This document shows positions 6,113-12,305 of a stretch of 12,343 bases of DNA, one piece after another. Origin of the DNA: a virus; UHGV virus genome UHGV-0377305; one strand, given 5' to 3'. Below the pieces are notes generated by a model that was not told where the DNA came from, searched no databases, and worked only from the letters and a program-made list of their open reading frames with translations. How positions within the stretch are numbered: the first letter of the stretch is position 1; each line of letters starts with the position of its first letter. The translations under genes and the position numbers were made by a program.

Positions 6113-8152
6113 ATGACGTCCAAATGGGTTCAACTATCATCAATGCCCGGAAACTTTACTGTTAAAGTTTCCGGTGGTACAGCGGCATTTCTTGAGGCTC
6201 CCTTTCCTCCGGCCGAAACAAAAGGAGGAATGACATTTGCTGACTGTCTCATCAGTTTTAATACACGGGATTGCCTGTGGGTAAGGCCAGTATCCGGTGA
6301 TCCGAGCGTGGAAATTACCGGTGCGGGTATTGGTGCTGTCATTCCGTTAAGTGCTGATGTTGCCGGTACTGCTGAACCGTCAGACTGGGATAATGCTGAA
6401 ACACATACCCGTCCGTCAGGAAATGAAACTGCTTCCAGCTCCCCTTCCTGGTATTACGTGGTGGTTCTTGCTGGTCAGTCAAACGGGATGGCCTACGGTG
6501 AAGGTCTGCCGCTGCCGGAGACATATGACCACCCCGAACCGCGTATTATGCAGTTAGCCCGTCGCAGTACAGTCACGCCGGGAGGTAAAGCCTGTCAGTA
6601 TAACGACATCATTCTGGCCGACCACTGTCTGCATGATGTGCAGGATATGAGTGGAAAAAATCACCCGAAAGCGGATGTGGCTAAAGGGCAATATGGCACC
6701 GTGGGTCAGGGGCTTCACATTGCCAAAAAACTGCTGCCGTTTATTCCGGCAGATGCGGGGATTCTGCTGGTTCCCTGCTGCCGTGGTGGTTCTGCATTCA
6801 CGGCGGGTGCTGACGGCACGTACAGTGACAGCACGGGTGCTTCAGAGGACTCAGCCCGCTGGGGTGTGGATAAGCCGCTGTATAAGGACTTAATCAGCCG
6901 GACAAAAGCGGCACTGGCGAAGAACCCGAAAAACCGCCTGCTTGCTGTGGTGTGGATGCAGGGCGAGTTTGATATTGATGCGAAGCCGACGGAGCATTCC
7001 GCGCTGTTTCTGGCGATGGTGGAAAAATTCCGCGCAGACCTGGCTGAACAGGCGGAACAGTGTACCGGTGGCAGTGCTGCTGGCGTTCCGTGGATTTGTG
7101 GCGATACCACGTATTTCTGGAAACAGAAAAACGAACAGGCATACCAGGCAATCTATGACGGCTACAAAAATAAAACAGATAAAAACATTCATTTCGTCCC
7201 ATTAATGACAGATGAAAATGGCGCGAATGTACCCACCAACAATCCGACAGAAGACCCGGATATTGAATCCATTGGTTATTACGGCTCAACGTGGCGTAAC
7301 AGTGCCGCCACCTGGACATCTGCGGGCCGGGCCAGCCATTTCAGTTCATGGGCACGTCGTGGGATTATTTCCGACCGTCTGGCCACGGCTGTTCTGACTC
7401 ATGCAGGGCGAACCACAGTAAAAGCCGATGTTCCATCTTCTGAAACTGAAGCACCAGTGCCGTCACCTTCAGAAACTGAAGCAGTAACCACAACACTGCT
7501 GTCTTACCGTGTCAGTGAGTCAGAAGGAAATCTGAAAGCCCAGGGCTGGGAGCCGGCTGGCGGTAAAGCTGAAATTATCAGTGATGCAGGAGGCACAGGT
7601 GGTAAGGCAATGAAACTGACCAAGGAAACAGGTAAATCATCCTGGTATCTGGATCATGATGCCGGTACTGGTGCTGAACTGCTGAAAAATGGTGGTTTAA
7701 TCAGTTGTCGTTTTAAAGTACCTGGCGACCTGGTGGCAAACCAGTATGTCATGGCGCTTTACTGGCCGGTTTCCTCTCTGCCGCAGGGTGTCACCCTGAC
7801 AGGGGATGCAGGGAATAATCTGCTGGCATCGTTCTACATCCAGACAGACGCAAAAGACCTGAATGTGATGCACCACAATGCAAAAGTGGCAACAAATAAC
7901 CAGAAACTGGGAACCTTTGGTGTATTTGATAATGAATGGCATACGCTGGCCTTCCGTTTTGCAGGAAATAACAGCCTTCAGGTTATTCCGGTTATTGATG
8001 GTCAGGATGGTGCCGCGTTTACCCTGACGCAGTCACCAGTAGGAACTTTCCCGGTGGACAAACTCCGCGTAACGGATATCACCAAAAATGCAACTTACCC
8101 GGTGCTGATTGACAGCATTGTGGTGGAAGTGAAAAAAGCGGTAACAGAATAA
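6113..8152 (+). CDS. Putative SGNH/sialate O-acetylesterase-domain protein (NanS / prophage NanS-p-like) with a C-terminal probable carbohydrate-binding domain
   Basis: 679-aa ORF. The central region carries VVVLAGQSNGMAYGEGLPLP...LLVPCCRGGSAFT...VVWMQGEFD...WICGDTTYFW, i.e. the GQSN block and downstream blocks typical of sialate O-acetylesterase (SASA/DUF303) domains. A Ser/Thr/Pro/Glu linker (SETEAPVPSPSETEA) precedes an approximately 230-aa C-terminal domain. Function is assigned from motifs only. Confidence 0.6.
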   Translation: MTSKWVQLSSMPGNFTVKVSGGTAAFLEAPFPPAETKGGMTFADCLISFNTRDCLWVRPVSGDPSVEITGAGIGAVIPLSADVAGTAEPSDWDNAETHTRPSGNETASSSPSWYYVVVLAGQSNGMAYGEGLPLPETYDHPEPRIMQLARRSTVTPGGKACQYNDIILADHCLHDVQDMSGKNHPKADVAKGQYGTVGQGLHIAKKLLPFIPADAGILLVPCCRGGSAFTAGADGTYSDSTGASEDSARWGVDKPLYKDLISRTKAALAKNPKNRLLAVVWMQGEFDIDAKPTEHSALFLAMVEKFRADLAEQAEQCTGGSAAGVPWICGDTTYFWKQKNEQAYQAIYDGYKNKTDKNIHFVPLMTDENGANVPTNNPTEDPDIESIGYYGSTWRNSAATWTSAGRASHFSSWARRGIISDRLATAVLTHAGRTTVKADVPSSETEAPVPSPSETEAVTTTLLSYRVSESEGNLKAQGWEPAGGKAEIISDAGGTGGKAMKLTKETGKSSWYLDHDAGTGAELLKNGGLISCRFKVPGDLVANQYVMALYWPVSSLPQGVTLTGDAGNNLLASFYIQTDAKDLNVMHHNAKVATNNQKLGTFGVFDNEWHTLAFRFAGNNSLQVIPVIDGQDGAAFTLTQSPVGTFPVDKLRVTDITKNATYPVLIDSIVVEVKKAVTE

Positions 8153-8158
8153 AAAAAA

Positions 8159-8187
8159 TCCCGCCGGTCATGATATGGCTGGCGGGA
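8159..8187. terminator. Hairpin after the esterase gene (A8 tract upstream; U-tract only on the minus strand)
   Basis: TCCCGCCGG-(11-nt loop)-CTGGCGGGA, a 9-bp stem with one G-U pair. On the plus strand it is preceded by AAAAAAAA and not followed by a T-run. On the minus strand it is followed by T8. It may act bidirectionally. Confidence 0.3.
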
Positions 8188-8301
8188 GCTACCTAACCCA
8201 TAAAGGAAAATAAAAATACTCCCGAAGGAGTAGTTACCAGTCACTTCGTCATGTTTTTACCCGATAACGAATTATGTAGTCAATATCAAAGGTAAGGTTA
8301 T

Positions 8302-8484
8302 ATGACATTCGTTCATACAATGCTGCTTTATTTCTGCGCTGTGGTCAGTGCGTTATATCTGGTGAGCGGCGGTTATAAGGTCATCAGAAATTATATTCGC
8401 CGCAAAATTGATGACGCAGCAGCCGAAAAGCTCAGTAAAACAGCACAGGCACCATCATCCCCAAACGACCCGACCCCGCTCTGA
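8302..8484 (+). CDS. Hypothetical small membrane protein (60 aa, one predicted TM helix)
   Basis: ATG start with AAGG upstream. Hydrophobic N-terminus MLLYFCAVVSALYLVSGG followed by a basic and polar tail. No family recognised. Confidence 0.5.
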   Translation: MTFVHTMLLYFCAVVSALYLVSGGYKVIRNYIRRKIDDAAAEKLSKTAQAPSSPNDPTPL

Positions 8485-8519
8485 TAACGGGGCAATATAC
8501 CTGCAAAAGGAGAATATTC

Positions 8520-8765
8520 ATGCCAGAGATTAAAGGCACGGTTACTGAAGAGCTTGTCAAACAGGCACTTTATTCTGAAGAAGTGAACCGCGTGCTGAAG
8601 GCGCAGGTTCGCAAGGATTTTGAGGCACAAATCGACGCATATGTTGATGAAGTGCTGGCCCGAATGGTTGGCCGTTCTCCGGCTGAAAACAGCACGGAAA
8701 ATGCTCCTCAACCCGTAGAGCAACCAGAGCCGGTTCAGCCCGGAACTGACGGTACTATGATGTAA
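8520..8765 (+). CDS. Hypothetical protein (81 aa, acidic Pro/Glu-rich C-terminus)
   Basis: Strong SD AAGGAG 8 nt upstream of the ATG, and a perfect hairpin immediately downstream. No family recognised. Confidence 0.6.
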   Translation: MPEIKGTVTEELVKQALYSEEVNRVLKAQVRKDFEAQIDAYVDEVLARMVGRSPAENSTENAPQPVEQPEPVQPGTDGTMM

Positions 8766-8774
8766 CAATACCGA

Positions 8775-8805
8775 CCGGCAGGTTTCCCTGCCGGGTGAAT
8801 TTGTT
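8775..8805 (+). terminator. Probable intrinsic terminator after the 81-aa ORF
   Basis: Perfect 8-bp stem CCGGCAGG-tttc-CCTGCCGG followed by the T-rich GTGAATTTGTT, 10 nt after the stop codon. Confidence 0.45.
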
Positions 8806-9119
8806 AATGCACGTTTTGTGTATTTTCCCTCTGGGGAGAACAGGCAGGGCATATCAGCATCCTGAAACAGGAAGCATTTTTTGGTTTGTATGTCTTGCCA
8901 TTTTGAGATCGAGAACGGCGATAGATGAGCTGTAAGGGAGTCTTACAGGCAGGGTAAACAGGCTCTTTATCCATGATAAAGATCTCCTTTTTATGCATCT
9001 CTGCTTTACAGGAGACCGGGGAATATCATAGGATACGCCACGAGCTCGAAGTAAAGCATTGATGCAAAATTGTCTAAATCGGCCCAGAATAGTTCGCGCT
9101 ATCTGGGTCGCCCTTTATG

Positions 9120-9155
9120 TATGTAGTATCCCATTGATTTGAAACATACTACATA
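9120..9155. promoter_or_regulatory. 10-bp inverted repeat with 16-bp spacer (candidate operator)
   Basis: TATGTAGTAT-(16 nt)-ATACTACATA in the AT-rich region about 230 bp upstream of com. Confidence 0.25.
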
Positions 9156-9197
9156 TACGCACAATCCTACCTTCACTGTATAAAAAGTCAATAAAAT

Positions 9198-9340
9198 GAT
9201 CATTTTATGATCGTTTTCACCACCTAACTCTTCGTTTTCTTTAAGTAAATAATCACCGCCCTGAATCATTGTTGATGACTTTTCAATCTATTTGTTGTAT
9301 CAATTAAACAAACCGAATCGATCGTTTTTGTCGATCGATT
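9198..9340. promoter_or_regulatory. GATC (Dam-site) cluster with palindromes upstream of com, a candidate methylation-sensitive control region
   Basis: Four GATC sites in about 140 bp (9198, 9209, 9320, 9333). Two sit in the palindrome AAAATGATCATTTT and its neighbour, and two in the 9-bp-arm inverted repeat AATCGATCG-tttttgt-CGATCGATT (9316-9340), about 45 bp upstream of the com ATG. This recalls the GATC/OxyR region of the Mu mom promoter. Confidence 0.35.
9293..9310 (+). promoter_or_regulatory. Candidate Ogr/Delta-type late-activator dyad (TGT-N12-ACA) upstream of com
   Basis: TGT-TGTATCAATTAA-ACA, centred about 82 nt upstream of the com ATG. This is the same dyad geometry as upstream of FI. 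Chance occurrence is possible. Confidence 0.3.
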
Positions 9341-9383
9341 GCATGAGAAAGGCATCAACAACAAAGCAGGAGGTTATGCGGCC

Positions 9384-9569
9384 ATGTATCGAAACATACG
9401 GTGCCGACACTGCAATAAGCTACTGGCACGGGCCAGTTTCAGTTATCTGGAAGTAAAATGTCCGCGCTGCAAAACCCTCAATCAAATCACATCTCAGAGC
9501 GCCACAGAGCACCCCACATACACAAGGAAATCCTGCCGTGGGGAACAAGAAACATTACTTTCAGTCTGA
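9384..9569 (+). CDS. com: Com-like zinc-ribbon translational activator (Mu Com family)
   Basis: 61-aa ORF MYRNIRCRHCNKLLARASFSYLEVKCPRCKTLNQITSQSATEHPTY... with the Com-type CxxC...CPRC zinc ribbon and an EHPT motif, as recalled for Mu Com. AGGAGG lies 9 nt upstream of the ATG. The 3' end overlaps the start of the downstream gene by 32 nt, as com overlaps mom in Mu. The track ORF begins at an upstream TTG (9339). Confidence 0.75.
   Translation: MYRNIRCRHCNKLLARASFSYLEVKCPRCKTLNQITSQSATEHPTYTRKSCRGEQETLLSV
9512..9543 (+). promoter_or_regulatory. Possible translation-inhibiting stem that sequesters the MTase GTG start (candidate Com target)
   Basis: CCCCAC (9512-9517) can pair with GTGGGG (9538-9543). 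The start codon lies in the 3' arm and the SD in the 20-nt loop. This is analogous in position to the stem-loop in mom mRNA that Com unwinds. The stem is only 6 bp. Confidence 0.3.
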
Positions 9570-10590
9570 TAAGTCACTAACCTATGGTTCAGTATGCAGT
9601 GGTATTGAAGCTGCGACAGTAGCCTGGAGCAATCTTGGCTGGAAAGCCAGATGGTTCAGTGAAATAGAGGACTTCCCGTCAACACTTCTTTCATATCGCT
9701 GGCCCCATATACCAAATCTTGGTGATATGGCTTTGCTTGCGCCTCGTATCAGGGATGGGCTTATTGAAGCACCAGATATTCTTGTAGGTGGAACTCCGTG
9801 TCAGGCATTCAGTATGTCAGGCAAACGAAAAGGCCTTTCAGATCCACGGGGGCAGTTAACACTGTCTTTTGTTGAACTGGCGAATCAGATAGATACCGTT
9901 CGGGCATCGCTCAATAAATCCCCCTCAATAATCGTATGGGAAAACGTCACAGGAGTTTTAAGTAGCCATGACAATGCATTCGGTCATTTTCTTGGTGCGC
10001 TGGCCGGAGCAGGTTGCGCATTACAGCCAGCAAGGAAAAGATGGGCAAACGCTGGTGTTGTGTCTGGACCATCGCGTATCGTCGCCTGGCGAGTACTTGA
10101 TGCCCAATATTTCGGAGTCGCCCAGGCTCGCAGAAGAGTGTTTGTTGTGGCAAGTGCTGGAAAAAGGCTCGATCCCGGAAAGGTATTATTTGAGTTCCCG
10201 CCTGTGTCGCAGGGCGATAAAAACTATTACGGAAAGAAGAAAAAATCCGAATCCCTTCTTGATCAAGGCATTGAAGGAAAATTGCACCGATATTGCCTTG
10301 AAGCATTGCCAAAACGAACAGGCACAGTAATAGCTGGCTATAACGGAACAACTAACCAGGACATGACTATGTCTGGTGGGCTCATAGTTGAAAGAGCGCC
10401 ATATTCAAGGGTTCGTAGGTTGACGCCAACCGAATGCGAGAGGCTACAAGGTTTTCCCGATGGATATACAGATATTCCATGGAAAAATTCATCTCCAGCT
10501 CATCGTTATAAGGCCATTGGAAATTCAATGCCTGTACCGGTCATGAAATGGATTGGTCGAAGAATACAGGAAGCGTTAAACGAAGTTTAA
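9538..10590 (+). CDS. DNA (cytosine-5)-methyltransferase
   Basis: 350-aa ORF with canonical C5-MTase blocks: GGTPCQAFSMSG (PCQ catalytic motif IV), IIVWENVTG (ENV motif VI), QARRRVFVVA (motif VIII), RRLTPTECERLQGFPDGYT and AIGNSMPVPVMKWI (C-terminal motifs). The N-terminal GSVCSGIEAA stands in place of motif I. GTG start at 9538 with AAGGAAA 8-9 nt upstream; no alternative start exists in frame after the upstream stop at 9454. Confidence 0.88.
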   Translation: MGNKKHYFQSDKSLTYGSVCSGIEAATVAWSNLGWKARWFSEIEDFPSTLLSYRWPHIPNLGDMALLAPRIRDGLIEAPDILVGGTPCQAFSMSGKRKGLSDPRGQLTLSFVELANQIDTVRASLNKSPSIIVWENVTGVLSSHDNAFGHFLGALAGAGCALQPARKRWANAGVVSGPSRIVAWRVLDAQYFGVAQARRRVFVVASAGKRLDPGKVLFEFPPVSQGDKNYYGKKKKSESLLDQGIEGKLHRYCLEALPKRTGTVIAGYNGTTNQDMTMSGGLIVERAPYSRVRRLTPTECERLQGFPDGYTDIPWKNSSPAHRYKAIGNSMPVPVMKWIGRRIQEALNEV

Positions 10591-10608
10591 ACCTAAGCAA
10601 AAGACATT

Positions 10609-10914
10609 ATGAAGTTGGTTTTTGTGCCGTTAAAAGATGTCTTTAAGGAGTGCAAAGGAAAGCGCCAATTTAGTATCAAAAAAGATGCTTATCGGCGCTT
10701 TTCATCGGTATCAAATGAAATGCAAATCTGTATCAAAAAAATCGCCGCGCTATATACCCGAAAAGAAAACGTATTTACCAGTTGGGTGATGCGATTGCTG
10801 ATTGTTGTAAGTCTCGCCTGGACGGGGTGGGCTATTACCCTGGTCTTTTATCTACTGACCGTTATTGCCTTCTGGATCACCCGTAATCAGATGGCGCAAC
10901 AGGTAGCAGCATGA
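10609..10914 (+). CDS. Hypothetical protein; the C-terminal hydrophobic part may be a LysA-like remnant fused to unrelated N-terminal sequence
   Basis: 101-aa ORF. The N-terminal half is AT-rich, hydrophilic and lacks a clear SD. The C-terminal roughly 40 aa (WVMRLLIVVSLAWTGWAITLVFYLLTVIAFWI) is membrane-like and ends overlapping the lysB start (ATGA), the position lysA occupies in P2. Confidence 0.4.
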   Translation: MKLVFVPLKDVFKECKGKRQFSIKKDAYRRFSSVSNEMQICIKKIAALYTRKENVFTSWVMRLLIVVSLAWTGWAITLVFYLLTVIAFWITRNQMAQQVAA

Positions 10915-11339
10915 ACCGGTTACTGCTGGTTGTGCTGGCGTTATTACTGGCGGCGCTGGGCTGGCAGACGTGGCGGCTGGCTGATGCCAGCCAGACCATC
11001 AGCACGCAGGCAGACGAGCTGCAGAGCAAAAGCCAGGCACTGGCAAAGAGCAACAGCCAGCTTATCAGCCTGTCTATTCTGACTGAAACCAATAACCGGG
11101 AGCAGGCGCGGCTCTATGCCGAAGCAGAACAGACCAGCGCGCTGCTGAGACAACGACAACACCGGATCGAGGAACTGAAACGTGAGAACGAGGATTTACG
11201 CCGCTGGGCTGATACTCCTTTGCCTGCTGACATTATCCGGCTGCGGGAACGCCCCACACTCACCGGAGGTGCAGCTTACCGTCAGTGGTTGTCCGCGAGT
11301 GACGCCGTGTCGGCTGGATCAGGCAGCGCCGCGCACTAA
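10911..11339 (+). CDS. lysB: LysB (Rz-like inner-membrane spanin)
   Basis: 142-aa ORF with an N-terminal TM helix (LLLVVLALLLAALGW) followed by a coiled-coil, Gln/Glu/Arg-rich periplasmic region. It lies upstream of R and S with lysC embedded in the +1 frame, the P2 arrangement. Confidence 0.75.
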   Translation: MNRLLLVVLALLLAALGWQTWRLADASQTISTQADELQSKSQALAKSNSQLISLSILTETNNREQARLYAEAEQTSALLRQRQHRIEELKRENEDLRRWADTPLPADIIRLRERPTLTGGAAYRQWLSASDAVSAGSGSAAH

Positions 11340-11472
11340 CGGTGATCTGAATGCGTTGCTGGATGAAACGGAGGCCGCCTGGGCGGTCTGTGCAGACAAA
11401 GTGGATATGATTATTGCGTGTCAGGAGCGAAACAGTGAACAAACCACAATCCCTGCGCCACGCCCTCAATAA
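11182..11472 (+). CDS. lysC: LysC (Rz1-like outer-membrane lipoprotein spanin), embedded in and extending beyond lysB
   Basis: 96-aa ORF in a different frame from lysB, with signal peptide and lipobox (LLCLLTLSG-C) and a Pro-rich mature part. GTG start. Confidence 0.7.
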   Translation: MRTRIYAAGLILLCLLTLSGCGNAPHSPEVQLTVSGCPRVTPCRLDQAAPRTNGDLNALLDETEAAWAVCADKVDMIIACQERNSEQTTIPAPRPQ

Positions 11473-11866
11473 AGCAGTGCCTTATGTCCGCAATAACCCG
11501 GACAAACTGCATCTGTTTGTGGATAACGGTTCGCTGGTTGCCACGGGGGCCAGCTCCATGTCGTGGGAGTACCGTTACACCCTGAACGCGGTGATTGAGG
11601 ATTTCAGCGGCGACCAGAATCTGCTGATGGCCCCGGTTTTGCTGTGGCTGCGTGATAACCAGCCCGATGCCATCAATAACCCGGCGTTACGGGAAAAACT
11701 ATTCACCTTTGAGGTGGATATTCTGCGCAACGATGTCTGTGATATCAGCCTTAACCTGCAACTGACGGAGCGTGTGCTGGTCAGCACTGACGGTAGTGTG
11801 TCGAGCGTTGAAGCTATAGCGGAACCTGATGAACCTGAAGAAATGTGGACGGTGAAACGTGGCTGA
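11435..11866 (+). CDS. R: Tail completion protein R (P2 gpR-like)
   Basis: VNKPQSLRHALNKAVPYVRNNPDKLHLFVDNGS...LNAVIEDFSGDQNLLMAPVLLWLRDNQPD...LQLTERVLVS resembles P2 gpR as recalled. The likely start is GTG 11435 with AGGAG 8 nt upstream; the track ORF starts at TTG 11414. Confidence 0.85.
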   Translation: MNKPQSLRHALNKAVPYVRNNPDKLHLFVDNGSLVATGASSMSWEYRYTLNAVIEDFSGDQNLLMAPVLLWLRDNQPDAINNPALREKLFTFEVDILRNDVCDISLNLQLTERVLVSTDGSVSSVEAIAEPDEPEEMWTVKRG

Positions 11867-12305
11867 ACTGCAGAAAGTGGACGACTGGCTGAGTGCCTTG
11901 CTGGCGAATCTGGAACCAGCCGCCAGAAGCCGCATGATGCGCCAGCTGGCGCAGGAACTGCGCCGGACACAGCAGCAGAACATCAGGATGCAACGCAATC
12001 CTGATGGCAGCAGCTATGAACCGAGGCGAGTAACAGCACGCAGTAAAAAAGGCCGTATCAAACGGCAGATGTTTACAAAACTTCGCACCACAAAATACCT
12101 GAAAACCGCCGCCAGCGAGGATTCTGCCAGCGTGCAGTTTGAAGGTAAGGTGCAGCGCATTGCCCGCGTTCACCATTATGGCCTGCGTGATCGCGTCAGC
12201 CGCAAAGGACCGGAGGTCCGTTACGCAGAGCGTCGCCTTCTGGGTGTAAATGATGATGTTGAGGCAATGACCCGCGACATGATTCTGCAATGGTTGGCGG
12301 GGTGA
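11859..12305 (+). CDS. S: Tail completion protein S (P2 gpS-like)
   Basis: MAELQKVDDWLSALLANLEPAARSRMMRQLAQELRRTQQQNIRMQRNPDGS... resembles P2 gpS. The GTG start overlaps the R stop (GTGGCTGA), which suggests translational coupling. Confidence 0.85.
   Translation: MAELQKVDDWLSALLANLEPAARSRMMRQLAQELRRTQQQNIRMQRNPDGSSYEPRRVTARSKKGRIKRQMFTKLRTTKYLKTAASEDSASVQFEGKVQRIARVHHYGLRDRVSRKGPEVRYAERRLLGVNDDVEAMTRDMILQWLAG

Noticed and set aside
6130-7942. Multiple ORFs overlapping the esterase gene on either strand (for example 6715-7110, 6894-7319, 7697-7942)
   Set aside because: They lie inside a 2-kb ORF with a clear enzymatic motif and have no independent support.
8391-8852. 153-aa minus-strand ORF spanning the small-ORF region
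   Set aside because: It overlaps the 81-aa plus-strand ORF, which has a strong SD and terminator, and has no convincing start context. It is kept only as a rejected alternative.
9947-10351. 134-aa minus-strand ORF and 120-aa plus-strand alternative-frame ORF inside the methyltransferase gene
   Set aside because: The MTase frame carries all the canonical motifs. The overlapping ORFs are frame artefacts.
10700-10800. A possible third crossover site at the cargo-lysA junction
   Set aside because: I looked for AAACC-NN-GGTTT-type cores and found none here. The only two in the window are sites A and B, so this junction is not a gix-like site.
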